Below are positions 28,376 through 39,157 of a stretch of 64,000 nt of DNA, piece after piece. A program made the translations under genes and the position numbers. The notes below the pieces were generated by a model. The model was not told the origin of the DNA, made no database searches, and saw only the letters and a list, made by a program, of their open reading frames with translations. Position 1 is the first letter of the stretch, and every line of letters starts with the position of its first letter. Source of the DNA: Candidatus Woesebacteria bacterium (GTDB lineage Bacteria > Patescibacteriota > Microgenomatia > UBA8517); the NCBI GenBank assembly GCA_016700095.1, contig CP065002.1, positions 112,463-176,462 of the forward strand, read 5' to 3'.

Positions 28376-28587
28376 ACTTAAACGGCATGGTTAATATTTT
28401 TCTTATTGGTTGCTTTTTAAGCATTCCTGTGTTTGTTACCGGATTATATGTGATAAGGCAAAGGAAATTAAAAAGAAAAATACGTGCTCGGCATGTTCTT
28501 TTTGGTGTACTGCTTCAAGCCTTTTGGGTTTACCTGGTATATTATTATTTTGCCTTGGTGGTTAGAGAGATGATGATGAATTTGTAA
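28372..28587 (+). CDS. Small membrane protein (2 TM)
   Basis: 71-aa ORF overlapping the upstream stop. Confidence 0.35.
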   Translation: MNLNGMVNIFLIGCFLSIPVFVTGLYVIRQRKLKRKIRARHVLFGVLLQAFWVYLVYYYFALVVREMMMNL

Positions 28588-29243
28588 ACCAAGTGATGAA
28601 AATGCCTGTGCGGTTGTGATCAGCCATAAACATTTTTATAAGCGATTACATAAAACTGGCATTGGATCGGTCAGTTGGATATTTTAATAAGTATCTTAAT
28701 TAAATAACATTAAAATTTCGCAATAAATATATTTGATACGTACTTTGGTGTATAATTCTGAGCTAATGACAGGGGAGTTTGGAAAAAGATTATCTGAACC
28801 TTTAGTACAACAAGGAGTTTCGTTTTGCAGGCGATTGGATTTACCCAGTAAGACCGCGACTGAATTAATTATAGAGTATGCCAGAAGACGTGATTTACCA
28901 AAATATGAAACCAAAGTCGATCAAGTAGAATTTTAGTGGAGTAGTGGCTGATAAATTACCCGGCATGAGGCAAACTTTTGAAGGATTATATCCAAATATT
29001 TTCTCCGAGAACTAGCCTTCAGTGGTATAACTCCCTTAGTGCGACACTCAAATATCTTAACAACAAAATAACTTTACAAAATTAAACTTGTGAAAGGATT
29101 TTGTCGACGGGTTTGCTGTGTAATACAACTTATTAAGCTGCTTATGAAATACCGCACTGACTTGTGTTGCTTGTTTAAATAGTAATTATTGGAAACAACA
29201 TCCTTCACTAATTAAAGATCATAGTTTTTGAATCTGTGTTTTA

Positions 29244-30014
29244 GTGCGTCGCGTTAAGCGTATTTGGTATACTTTGGACATGTCGTTTATTGATAAGGAA
29301 GAAATTATTCGTAGTTTACGAACAGGTGGAAAGTACTACATTAGCTTTACAGGGGATTCAATTGCCAGCTGTGAATGGGTGCATCCAAATTGGCGCGATA
29401 TTGTCATCTATGTACTTCAGTGTGAATTTACAAAGTATATGGACGGTGACTGGAAGACTGTTGAGTGGGGACTGAAGGGTTTTAACTTTGCTTACGATGG
29501 TTCAACTACGAGTGACATTGTTACCAAGACTGATGAGATAATGATGGTAAATCCCAACCTGGTAATTTGTTTAATGGGAGGAAATGATAAGACATACCAC
29601 GTAACTCCCGAACAATCTGTTGAAAATATCATGAAGTTTTCAAAGACGATAAATGATTCACGCGTAAAAGTTGCTTGGTCAAATACCATCGCCTCGATCA
29701 GTACGCAGATTAATACGAAGTATAAACCATATACGCATTTGTTCATGCAAATTCCCGACACCACGTCTTTTTTTAAAATTGATATGTTTGGTAAATATTC
29801 CGCTTTCCCGGTTGAGAAATTTTTTACTTTTATATCGGAAGAAATACCGGAGGAAAACGTCAAAGAAGGGGATCCGGATGTGTGGCACCCAAATCAGTTG
29901 GGTAATTCCTATATCGCCAAAGTAATTCTAGACACGATTTTTGGAATAGATTTTGATCCGGAAAAATATATCACGGATACGCTCTTGGGTAAAAAACACC
30001 CGGGTTATCAATAA
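29244..30014 (+). CDS. SGNH/GDSL hydrolase
   Basis: FTGDSI (block I), GGND (block III), DxxH (DVWHPNQ, block V). Confidence 0.6.
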   Translation: MRRVKRIWYTLDMSFIDKEEIIRSLRTGGKYYISFTGDSIASCEWVHPNWRDIVIYVLQCEFTKYMDGDWKTVEWGLKGFNFAYDGSTTSDIVTKTDEIMMVNPNLVICLMGGNDKTYHVTPEQSVENIMKFSKTINDSRVKVAWSNTIASISTQINTKYKPYTHLFMQIPDTTSFFKIDMFGKYSAFPVEKFFTFISEEIPEENVKEGDPDVWHPNQLGNSYIAKVILDTIFGIDFDPEKYITDTLLGKKHPGYQ

Positions 30015-30126
30015 GCAAACTTTTCTTACCCCCTAAAAAAATTAACGCCGCAAAATATCTATCTTGGCGAAACTAACTCAAAGTTATTATTTGCGTTCTC
30101 CTAAATTTGGAATATAGTGAATTTAG

Positions 30127-30318
30127 ATGCCTCGCGAAGTTGAGACTAGTAAAATTGATGATGGTGTTGCACAAGATGCAGAGAGAAAGCTTCGTGAAAA
30201 GTATGTCGACGGCATGCATCATCCCAATAAACAGGTAGCAACTCATGCCGAAAACGTAATGCCGCTTATTAAAATATTTGAAAAAGCCGGACGACGAAAA
30301 CGAGAAAGTAATAATTAA
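30127..30318 (+). CDS. Small basic hypothetical protein
   Basis: 63-aa ORF. No support beyond the ORF itself. Confidence 0.2.
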   Translation: MPREVETSKIDDGVAQDAERKLREKYVDGMHHPNKQVATHAENVMPLIKIFEKAGRRKRESNN

Positions 30319-30401
30319 AGAAAACTAATTAACATAAAAAGTGTTACGTTAAAAAACTGCATTGTTTTAAATATTACCGAAAGTAGTGAGCAGAACAGTT
30401 A

Positions 30402-32177
30402 TTAAATTTTGGGAGCATGAATCCACGACTCGCAAAACCTTGTCTTATCCAGACTATCAAGGTCATAGTCGTCCAATAGGTGAAATCTACGATACATGGC
30501 ATCATTTTTATTACACGTTGCATCGTTGTAAATATTATAAAGCGTACCGGCATCTTTGTGGTCCAAAATAGCATTGTCTTGTTTTTTGTCTTTATGGCAA
30601 TCCGATCCGGCGATAATGATATAGGTGGAGCTGTCATTAAACGTGGGGCAGTTGGCACTGAAAATAACCCGCGAATCTAAGCTAAATGAATCACGTGCTG
30701 TGTCGGGTGAAGCGAGATTTTCTAGTTTATTAGTATATAGCGCATATCCACAGAAACTTGATCTGGGAGTGTTTGTTACAACGTAAATTGAACGGTCGGG
30801 GTCTGTGAAATCAATGTACCTTGAGATTATCTTGTCGGTTAAAAAATAGTTTTCCTGTTGAGAAATCGGTAATTGAAAATAGTAAAAATGTAAAAATTTG
30901 ACATACGAAATTAAGTAAAGCAGGAAAATGAGGACCGCCGCAGCTTTTTGGAAACTTCTATTTTTGACACCAAACGCGTAATTAATACCATACGCTACAA
31001 ACATTGTCATAATCGGTAGAGCCAGAAATGATCTGTTTACCTGGGAAGTGTCAACGGCACCGAGAGCGGTAGTGAGTGGTGATACAAGTAGTAGTGAGGT
31101 AAGTAAATAAAAAATCTTTCTTCTTTTCCTAAAGAGTGCAAATGCTCCAACAAAAATAAACACACTATCAATAACAAAGAATAGACCATGATCTTCGTAT
31201 CGGTATGTTGCTCTAGTGTCACCCGAAAAAAATAGTACTTCTGGAGAGAAGACGGAAAAATATTTCTTTGCAACCGTTTCCAGCATAACTGATGGTTTAT
31301 TGATTAATATATGTGAATACGGAAATTCGATAGAATTTCTTCTAATAGCATCAACTGTGTGGGCAATGTCATCCTGTCTGAAAATAACGATATCGTTTTT
31401 TCGTCCAGTTAATCTATCACCCGGAAGCATTGAGTCGATTGCGAAATACGAAATCACAAACATTGTCACAAGAAGAGTAGACCAAACAGTTATCTTTTTT
31501 GCAACTTGTCCGTCTTGTTTAAATTTGTAAACTGCGATGATTAACATAAAAGGAAGAAGAATTATTTTGGCACCTTGATAAGAAAAAAATGCCAATATGA
31601 AAAAAACGCTTGAGAGAACAAAATACGACTTTGTTTTAGCCCTAATTAAGAAGTGAAAAGATGCAAGCGAAAAAAGAAGTGCCCAAGGAGTGTCGACAGC
31701 CCATCTTGCCAAAAAATAACTCCAGGGATTGATTAAAAATAGAAGTGCGCTTGTTGTGGCAAGTTTTGTATTGTTAAAGATTTTTTTTGTAAACAGGAAA
31801 AGTATATAAGCGGTCATTAAGTTTACCAGTGTCAGTAACAGTCTGGTTGAAAATGGTGTAAGAGGAGTTAATAGGGAATATATGCCGTATATATAGGTAG
31901 GGACAAAACTTATTGCTCCTTCTGTCTTGGTGCGAAAAAGTGACAGCGGGAAGGAATAACCGCTTAGATCAGACCCGTTTGTCATATAACTAACCCCGTT
32001 TGCCAGATAAATCGCTTCGTCATGTGCCATGCCGGCAGGAAATCTATCAAGCCATACGAATTTGGAAAATATAACGCCTGCCAAAATTGTTAACCAAATA
32101 ATTCTGGATAATCGGGAAGAGAAAAATTTCATGTATTTATTATATCTTATCCCCCGGAGTGTATTAATAGAGGACAA
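30402..32177 (-). CDS. GT-C glycosyltransferase (family 39; ArnT/PMT-like)
   Basis: About 12 TM helices and the first-loop DEAIY (DExxY) motif. Confidence 0.7.
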   Translation of the reverse strand: MSSINTLRGIRYNKYMKFFSSRLSRIIWLTILAGVIFSKFVWLDRFPAGMAHDEAIYLANGVSYMTNGSDLSGYSFPLSLFRTKTEGAISFVPTYIYGIYSLLTPLTPFSTRLLLTLVNLMTAYILFLFTKKIFNNTKLATTSALLFLINPWSYFLARWAVDTPWALLFSLASFHFLIRAKTKSYFVLSSVFFILAFFSYQGAKIILLPFMLIIAVYKFKQDGQVAKKITVWSTLLVTMFVISYFAIDSMLPGDRLTGRKNDIVIFRQDDIAHTVDAIRRNSIEFPYSHILINKPSVMLETVAKKYFSVFSPEVLFFSGDTRATYRYEDHGLFFVIDSVFIFVGAFALFRKRRKIFYLLTSLLLVSPLTTALGAVDTSQVNRSFLALPIMTMFVAYGINYAFGVKNRSFQKAAAVLIFLLYLISYVKFLHFYYFQLPISQQENYFLTDKIISRYIDFTDPDRSIYVVTNTPRSSFCGYALYTNKLENLASPDTARDSFSLDSRVIFSANCPTFNDSSTYIIIAGSDCHKDKKQDNAILDHKDAGTLYNIYNDATCNKNDAMYRRFHLLDDYDLDSLDKTRFCESWIHAPKI

Positions 32178-32266
32178 TAGGTCGTGCAGTTATTACTTTG
32201 CCAAATAACAGTTCGAGACATTACGCGAACAATGTATGAAACACGATAAAAGAAAAGCTTGTGGAA

Positions 32267-32764
32267 TTATTCTGAAGCTTCTTCGGTAGGCTTTTTTACC
32301 TTAACTACCTTTTTTTCGGGAGCTTTTTTAATCTCAACTTCTTTTGCTTCGGTTACTTCGGGTTTTTCTTCGACGACTTTTGCCTCAACCTCTGACAGAG
32401 TCTTTGCTTCGACCGGTTGGGTGGGTTGAAGTAATGCTAAAATTTTATCGAGTTTAGCAATGACTGTTTCCATTTGACCATTTCCGCTAGGTCGTCTCTG
32501 TTGACCACCACCGCTTTTTTTAGTAAAGCAGTTGTCGCAATAAATAGGTTTACCGCTTGTTGGTTGGAAAGGAACTTCGCATTCATTGCCGCATGTATCG
32601 CATACAGCTTTGTGCATCATTGGTCTTTCTCTCCTACCGCCGCCAAATCCGCCTCTGCCACCACGGTCGCCACGATCATTGAAATCACGCTGATTTGAAT
32701 TTCTCCAACTGGGTCTTCCACCTCTATTTCGATTATTATCTCTCACGAAGTAGATTATACTCAT
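32267..32764 (-). CDS. RGG-box / zinc-ribbon protein with lysine/glutamate-rich tail
   Basis: RGGRGGFGGGRRERP repeats, then CDTCGNECEVPF...CDNCF (CxxC-x14-CxxC). Confidence 0.6.
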   Translation of the reverse strand: MSIIYFVRDNNRNRGGRPSWRNSNQRDFNDRGDRGGRGGFGGGRRERPMMHKAVCDTCGNECEVPFQPTSGKPIYCDNCFTKKSGGGQQRRPSGNGQMETVIAKLDKILALLQPTQPVEAKTLSEVEAKVVEEKPEVTEAKEVEIKKAPEKKVVKVKKPTEEASE

Positions 32765-32831
32765 ATATTGTTGTAAATACTAGATAGCAGAATTATGAGA
32801 GTATTTTGGTATAAATGGTAAAATATAAAAG

Positions 32832-33971
32832 ATGAAAGTCAAAAGTTTCATTGTAGCGTCAATTATCTTTTCCTCTTTCGTTTTGTTGGTTTTGGTTGAT
32901 AAGTTATATTTATCAAAAAAAGATCTTTTGGGGATGGTTAAGCTTGAATCGACCGAAAACACAGTTGTCGAAAAAGAAACCGTGGAATTTCTTGAAATAC
33001 TGGCAAGTAATCTAGAAGTACCTTGGGCAATAACATTTTTACCCGACAACACAATGCTTGTTACGGAACGCTCTGGAAAAGTCAGACAAATTGGCGTTGA
33101 TTCAAAACAAAATACCCCAATAGCAACACTGGATGTAAAGCAAATAGGAGAAGGGGGTCTTTTGGGAATTGCAGCACATCCCAATTTTGTCGAAAACCAC
33201 TTTGTGTATTTTTACTATACCTACAGTGGAAACGAAGAATCTACTTTAAACAAAGTGACGCGAATGGTTTTTGAACATGAGTCTCTTAGAGAAGAAATGA
33301 CAATTGTTGACAAAATTGAAGGTGCCGCAAACCACAACGGCGGAAGAATTAAGTTTGGCCCGGATAATTATTTATACATCACAACCGGTGATGCACAAGA
33401 ACCTTCTTTGGCTCAGGATATTACCAGTTTGGCAGGAAAAATTCTTCGTGTTGGTGATGATGGTCGGGTGCCCGACGACAACCCATTTGGTAATCTTGTC
33501 TACTCATACGGACATAGAAACCCGCAAGGAATTTCTTGGGACGAAAACGGAAATTTGTGGGCAACAGAACATGGAAGATCGGGTGTTTTGTCCGGACGTG
33601 ATGAAATAAATAGAATTGAAAAGGGTGTAAATTATGGTTGGCCGGAAATTCAGGGTGATGAGAAAAGGACAGGTATGGTTTCTCCCTATATACATTCCGG
33701 GGATTTTACGACCTGGGCTCCTGCAGGAATTGCGATTAAAAACGGCATTCTTTATTTTGGTGGTTTGCGCGGACAAGCATTGTATAAAGTTGACACAAAA
33801 AAGAATGTAGTAGAAATCGAGGAATTATACAAAGATCAATTTGGAAGAATAAGAGAGGTGATTTTCGGTCCTGACAATTATGTATATATAACAACGAGCA
33901 ACAAAGACGGTAGGGGCGATCCTGATGATACTGACGACAAGCTAATTCGTATAAATATAAATAGTCTGTAA
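32832..33971 (+). CDS. PQQ-dependent sugar (glucose/sorbosone) dehydrogenase, beta-propeller
   Basis: N-terminal TM; LEVPWAITFLPDNTMLVTERSGKVRQI; multiple propeller blades. Confidence 0.75.
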   Translation: MKVKSFIVASIIFSSFVLLVLVDKLYLSKKDLLGMVKLESTENTVVEKETVEFLEILASNLEVPWAITFLPDNTMLVTERSGKVRQIGVDSKQNTPIATLDVKQIGEGGLLGIAAHPNFVENHFVYFYYTYSGNEESTLNKVTRMVFEHESLREEMTIVDKIEGAANHNGGRIKFGPDNYLYITTGDAQEPSLAQDITSLAGKILRVGDDGRVPDDNPFGNLVYSYGHRNPQGISWDENGNLWATEHGRSGVLSGRDEINRIEKGVNYGWPEIQGDEKRTGMVSPYIHSGDFTTWAPAGIAIKNGILYFGGLRGQALYKVDTKKNVVEIEELYKDQFGRIREVIFGPDNYVYITTSNKDGRGDPDDTDDKLIRININSL

Positions 33972-34002
33972 ACACTTACATGATGTTATAATCCACATAA
34001 AT

Positions 34003-35310
34003 ATGAAACCCGTTTTCTCCGACCATTTTGAAAATATTCAACCTTCAGTAATTAGAGTTGCTCAAATTATATTTAGCAAAAGAAAAGACGGTGTGAAGGC
34101 AATTAATGCTGCGATAGGGAATGTTACTCTTCCAATTCATCCTGCAATGTTTGACAAGATGAAGCACTTGACCGGGCAGGAAAGCCCATTTGCGCAAGGA
34201 GAAGTCAGCTACTCGGCGACAATCGGAATTAGTGAAGCGAACAAAACGCTTTTACATGTCATGCAAGCTTCAGGGATTGATACGAAATTATTATTTAGTC
34301 AAATTACAGATGGGGGGAGTATGGCAATGGAACTGGTTTTAGCTGGAATTAGCGGAAGAGTGAAAAATACCGAAAGACCAATTTTAACGATAGACCCCAC
34401 GTATGCAAACTACAACTCTTTTGCCAAACGCCTTAGAAGAAAAACGGTAAGTATTACAAGAACATTAAACAATAATGGTCTGTTTGAATTACCCAAAGAA
34501 GAAGAAATTGTGAAAGCGATAAAAAGATATAAACCCAATGCAGTGTTAATTATCCCCTACGACAACCCGACGGGACAACACTGGTTGTTTGACGAACTTA
34601 TTGGTCTAACTAAAATTGCCGTAAAAAATAATCTGTGGATAGTAAGTGACGAAGCATATCGAGAGTTATACTTTACCAAAAAGAAACCGGTAAGCATTTG
34701 GTCGATAACCGAGAAAATGGTACCCGGAATAACCGGTCGGAGAATAAGTATTGAAAGTGCGTCAAAAGTTTGGAATGCATGTGGTTTAAGGATCGGTGCA
34801 GTTGTCACAGATAACTTCGAATTTCATGAAAAATGTGTAGCCGAACAAACAGCTAATCTTTGTGCAAACACAATCGGACAATACGTGTATACGGGATTAT
34901 TGGATGAAACGAAAAAAGACTTAAGTGCATGGTTTCGAAGTCAAAGAGGGTATTATAAAAGTCTAATAGAAAAAACTGTATCGGCCTTTAAATCATTGGA
35001 TAAAAGACTAATTGTGTCTCTTCCTGAGTCATCGATTTACTCGGTAGTTGATGTTAAAAATATTACCGGAAGTAATTTCGATGCGACAGATTTCGTAAAA
35101 TATTGTGCAAAATACGGCAAAGTAAAAATGGATGATACTTACTGGACTTTGTTGGTTTCACCTATGAGCGGTTTTTATAATTCATCTAAAGACAAGAAAA
35201 AAGCGTCAACCAAGATGCGCTTGGCATACACCGAGACACCAGACAAAATTGAAAAAATTCCACACTTATTTATGACACTTTTGTTGGATTATCTAAGGCA
35301 AAAAAAGTAA
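34003..35310 (+). CDS. PLP-dependent aminotransferase, class I/II
   Basis: SASKVWNACGLRIGAVV (SxSK..G.R.G, PLP lysine). Confidence 0.8.
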   Translation: MKPVFSDHFENIQPSVIRVAQIIFSKRKDGVKAINAAIGNVTLPIHPAMFDKMKHLTGQESPFAQGEVSYSATIGISEANKTLLHVMQASGIDTKLLFSQITDGGSMAMELVLAGISGRVKNTERPILTIDPTYANYNSFAKRLRRKTVSITRTLNNNGLFELPKEEEIVKAIKRYKPNAVLIIPYDNPTGQHWLFDELIGLTKIAVKNNLWIVSDEAYRELYFTKKKPVSIWSITEKMVPGITGRRISIESASKVWNACGLRIGAVVTDNFEFHEKCVAEQTANLCANTIGQYVYTGLLDETKKDLSAWFRSQRGYYKSLIEKTVSAFKSLDKRLIVSLPESSIYSVVDVKNITGSNFDATDFVKYCAKYGKVKMDDTYWTLLVSPMSGFYNSSKDKKKASTKMRLAYTETPDKIEKIPHLFMTLLLDYLRQKK

Positions 35311-35508
35311 AATACCCGACAATATTCCTTAATATTTTAATTAGACTCTCAATTAATTATGTTGCAAGATGTGGAACATTGGTTTGCAGATTATTGATCG
35401 TAAGATTGTCGAGTTGTTATTAGGTGCAAATCCCAAAAACCGCGAGTATTTGCACTCGGATCTTCGTGAACACTATTTAATAAAATATACAAATTAAGAA
35501 ATCGATTA

Positions 35509-36351
35509 TTACTCAGGAAAGATTTTGTTGTAGTAAATAAAGTCGGCAATCTGACGGCTCATAAGATTAAGCCCCTCATTGGAAGGGTGGATAAAATCAT
35601 TTGAAATATATTGCGTATCGACCAAACCATCATCCTTAAGTGAAGCAGTATACACATCAATAAGCGGGATTCCTTTTTCAAGCGCGAAGCGTTTATGATT
35701 TTCTATGTAGGCGATACGTTCTTTGACCCAATAGCTACTTTGCTCTTGCGACAAATGATAAACGTCCCTGGCAAAATTGTCCGGATTGGGAGCTATTGGT
35801 GTCATAAAAGCGATAACCGAACCGGGTTTTTCTTTTAGGATTTGTAAAACGCTTTGTTCCAAAACGTCAGTCTGCATTTTTAATCCTTCCTCAAGGGGAT
35901 ATTCAGAAAGCGGGTTATATGCAAAACTTTCAAGTATTATCAGCTCAAAGCCTTGTTTTAATATTGCTTGATTTGATGACTCGCGGTTTTTCGTCCAACT
36001 AGTTAATCTTTCCGGTAGTGATAAAATATTTGTTGCCCCGTAACCGTAATTGTAATTCACGAATTCACTGTCGGGGTAATAGTAAATCAAGTATTCACGT
36101 AAAATGTTTGCATTTAGCCCCAAACTTTCAACGATTGAATCGCCAACAATTACAGTTCTATACGATCGACTTTTGGGTATTTGGGGAATTTTGTACGGAA
36201 ATATGTAAGGGGTTGGAGTAGGCGTTGATGGATTTGTTAGTTTATCTAAGTAAGTAACACGATTTTCTTTTTTGGTTGATAAATTAACCACCTGGAAAAT
36301 AGTAAATAAGGTAACTATGGCTAATACTATGTGTTTATTACTCACAAGCAA
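35509..36351 (-). CDS. SGNH/GDSL hydrolase, secreted
   Basis: N-terminal TM/signal; VIVGDSIVESLG; DFIHPSNEG (DxxH). Confidence 0.65.
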   Translation of the reverse strand: MLVSNKHIVLAIVTLFTIFQVVNLSTKKENRVTYLDKLTNPSTPTPTPYIFPYKIPQIPKSRSYRTVIVGDSIVESLGLNANILREYLIYYYPDSEFVNYNYGYGATNILSLPERLTSWTKNRESSNQAILKQGFELIILESFAYNPLSEYPLEEGLKMQTDVLEQSVLQILKEKPGSVIAFMTPIAPNPDNFARDVYHLSQEQSSYWVKERIAYIENHKRFALEKGIPLIDVYTASLKDDGLVDTQYISNDFIHPSNEGLNLMSRQIADFIYYNKIFPE

Positions 36352-36720
36352 AGTATAACTTATTGCTCGAATAATAATTACTTAAAAATACGGCTACACT
36401 TTGTGTAATAGTTTTTTGTCATTTGTGAGATTGGGAATTTATTTGCTTGAGCTGTTTTATTCGAAATGGCTTTTAATTTACATTTAGAAATTTCTTAGGA
36501 TCAGTAACTGTAGATAGCGATATCCGTAGACATTTTTATGTGCTTTGTGGCTAACTTATATAATATTCTACTTAAATTGGTGTTTGATTCACGCGGTTAT
36601 TGTTTAGCTTAGCCATTTCCGGTATTTACATTGTAAGTGGTATATATAAGTGATCCGTACAACATCTTGTGTAAATCACAGCTTAAGTTAAGATTTATCT
36701 GCTAAAAATTAATTTTATAA

Positions 36721-37506
36721 ATGGTAAACTTATTGCTTGTGACTAATAGATTAACAATATTATTGGCAGTTGCAGGATTGTTGCTTGTATTTAATGGTGT
36801 TATTTATTTTACTGCAAGCAATGAAGCAATTACCGGCGCGCCGCCATACGGGGAATTTGAAAGTGAGATTCCCAACTTGGATCCCTATGCTTGGGTAAAA
36901 AATTGGAAGCGTCCGGATGGGCCAGCAAGAGTTGGTTTACAGGTGGGACATTGGGGGAGCAAAGACTTTCCCGATGAACTTGCAAAACTAAGAAACAATA
37001 CGGGAGCAACGGGTGGGGGAATTGCTGAATGGGAAGTAAACAAAAAGATTGCTGAAGAAACAGCTGCGATGTTGGAAAAGGAAGGCGTTATCGTTGATAT
37101 TCTCCCCGCAACCGTCCCCGTAAGTTATCAAGCTGATCTTTTTGTAGCTATACACGCTGATGGAAGTGAGGACACAAGAAAATCGGGTTTCAAGCTGGCG
37201 TCTCCCTGGCGTGATTATACTGGCAACTCCGCAGAAATTGTCCGAATTATCGAGGAGGAGTACGCACAGGCTACTGGTTTAGAAAAAGATCCAAATATAA
37301 CAAGAAATATGCGCGGATACTATGCTTTTTCTTGGTGGAAATATGAGCACTCGGTACACCCTGCAACTACCTCGCTCATTATTGAAACCGGTTTTCTAAC
37401 AAACTCATCCGACAGGAGATTGTTGTTTACCAATCCCGAAGTACCTGCCGGAGCGATTTCTAAAGGAATACTAATATATTTAAACAATAAAGGATTGACA
37501 AATTAA
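36721..37506 (+). CDS. N-acetylmuramoyl-L-alanine amidase (Amidase_3)
   Basis: GHWGS, DLFVAIHADG and ETGFLTN blocks; N-terminal TM. Confidence 0.85.
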   Translation: MVNLLLVTNRLTILLAVAGLLLVFNGVIYFTASNEAITGAPPYGEFESEIPNLDPYAWVKNWKRPDGPARVGLQVGHWGSKDFPDELAKLRNNTGATGGGIAEWEVNKKIAEETAAMLEKEGVIVDILPATVPVSYQADLFVAIHADGSEDTRKSGFKLASPWRDYTGNSAEIVRIIEEEYAQATGLEKDPNITRNMRGYYAFSWWKYEHSVHPATTSLIIETGFLTNSSDRRLLFTNPEVPAGAISKGILIYLNNKGLTN

Positions 37507-37532
37507 TTTGTCAACGAACGAAAATAATTTTC

Positions 37533-38003
37533 TTAGATATAAATTCCTTCGACCTCGTTTACATAATTTGTGCAAAGTACACTGAATAATTTTAAATCCA
37601 GATTATGGTATTTCGCCCATGCCTTGAGTGCCTTTAGTTTGTTGGCAAATTTTCCCTTGTTATTACCGTATTCAAAACTACCGTTTGTTAACAAAAATGC
37701 CTCCGCTATGTCATCTTTTTTGAAAAGGATTATCCTTTTTTGTCCTGCCGTAATCGTTTTGTCGCTGACTAGTTGGTCTAATCTCTGGGGAAAATTGCTC
37801 ATGAAATCCGTCTTTCTTTCTTCGTTTACAGCGTCGACAACCGCTTGAACATCAAGCGAACTTAAATTAAAGTTATCCGCGAGTCTTTTGTAAACCGGTT
37901 TTTGTGTGTTATTTTTCCTTGTTTTTAGGGCATGGTTTGTTGCTCTGGTTAGTGAGACTAAAGTACCCAGAGTCAGCATATATAACACTAAGTTGTTATC
38001 CAT
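37533..38003 (-). CDS. Hypothetical protein
   Basis: 156-aa ORF in the compact gene array. No motif. Confidence 0.4.
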   Translation of the reverse strand: MDNNLVLYMLTLGTLVSLTRATNHALKTRKNNTQKPVYKRLADNFNLSSLDVQAVVDAVNEERKTDFMSNFPQRLDQLVSDKTITAGQKRIILFKKDDIAEAFLLTNGSFEYGNNKGKFANKLKALKAWAKYHNLDLKLFSVLCTNYVNEVEGIYI

Positions 38004-38110
38004 AAACTTATGTATCCAATTTAAAACCCAATGCCAAGATTGTTAGATTGATTTGGTTTGGTCTTAAATTAGAATTAGGATAACCTTAGCAAGATAAGTT
38101 GAGAATTTGC

Positions 38111-39151
38111 TTAGAATTTGCGTTGTTGTTTGACGGGGAGTTTGGTGGTAAATGTTGTACCTTTACCGATTTTACTTTTGACAGTAATTTTTCCGTTATG
38201 GTTATCGACAATATTTTTGGCAAGTGACAATCCTAATCCGAAACCGTCAATGTTAGCTTTACTTCTGGATCTGTCGACGCGATAGAATCGGTCAAATACG
38301 TGGGGAATATCTTTTTTGGGTATTCCGACCCCTGTATCGCTAAGTGAAAGTACAAAATATTTACCCTTTATTTTGGACGTAATATCGATTTTTCCTTTTT
38401 TACCCGTATATTTAAGCGCATTGTCGAGAAGGATAGTTATAATTTTCTCAAAATTTTCTTTTTCAGCTTCAATTTTGCCGAATATTAGATGTGTGTGTAT
38501 GTCTACTTCAGCAAGTGTTGCTACGGACTCGAATTTGCTAACGACGTTTGTGATGCATTTTGAAGTTTCAAATTTTTCTACCTTTAAATTGGTGTCTTTG
38601 TCATGAAGACGCGCGAGATTTAATAGATTAGTAATCAATTTGTGCAGATTGTCCGCCTCCTCTAAACAATCAAGCAAAACCGATCTGGCATCCACCAGTT
38701 TCAGTTTTTTGTTTCGCAGGGTTACCTCGATTGTTGTTTTGATTGCGGTAACAGGAGTTTTTAGCTCATGTGATGCGTCGATAACAAATCTTTTTTGGTT
38801 TTCCAGAGTACTTTCAATCGGTTCAAGTGTTTTGCTGGCCAGAAACGAACCGGCTACGGTAGCAAACAATAAAATGAAACCATTTAGGTAAACCAGACTT
38901 ATGATTAATTTTTCATTAACCTTTTCGAGGTCTTTTTCAAAAAACGGGGAAGGTATTGGTGTAACCTCGAATCCATAAGCACCGCTTTTGAATTGTTGTT
39001 CGATTAAATAGAATTGCTTTTCCAGCACTACTGTTATTTCCTTATAAATAATAAGACTAAAGATAGTACTTACCACCAACGCAAAAATTACATACCAGAT
39101 TGTAAGTTTTATCCTGGCAGATTGGAACATGTTACCTAAATTAAATCGCAT
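38111..39151 (-). CDS. Sensor histidine kinase
   Basis: 2 TM helices, H-box SHELKTP, N-box DNALKYT, DTGVGI, GLGLSL. Confidence 0.85.
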   Translation of the reverse strand: MRFNLGNMFQSARIKLTIWYVIFALVVSTIFSLIIYKEITVVLEKQFYLIEQQFKSGAYGFEVTPIPSPFFEKDLEKVNEKLIISLVYLNGFILLFATVAGSFLASKTLEPIESTLENQKRFVIDASHELKTPVTAIKTTIEVTLRNKKLKLVDARSVLLDCLEEADNLHKLITNLLNLARLHDKDTNLKVEKFETSKCITNVVSKFESVATLAEVDIHTHLIFGKIEAEKENFEKIITILLDNALKYTGKKGKIDITSKIKGKYFVLSLSDTGVGIPKKDIPHVFDRFYRVDRSRSKANIDGFGLGLSLAKNIVDNHNGKITVKSKIGKGTTFTTKLPVKQQRKF

Positions 39152-39157
39152 ATGGTA

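Noticed and set aside
28590-29240. A 650-bp gap with small overlapping ORFs (28696-28914 minus, 28733-28936 plus), as a possible sRNA or small-protein locus
   Set aside because: Neither ORF has support beyond length. There is no clear promoter/terminator pair and no conserved structure that I could verify.
36352-36720. A 370-bp leader upstream of the amidase, as a possible c-di-AMP (ydaO) riboswitch, which often precedes cell-wall hydrolases
   Set aside because: I could not find the conserved ydaO pseudoknot core by eye. Covariance-model search (Infernal/Rfam) would be needed, so it is not reported as a feature.
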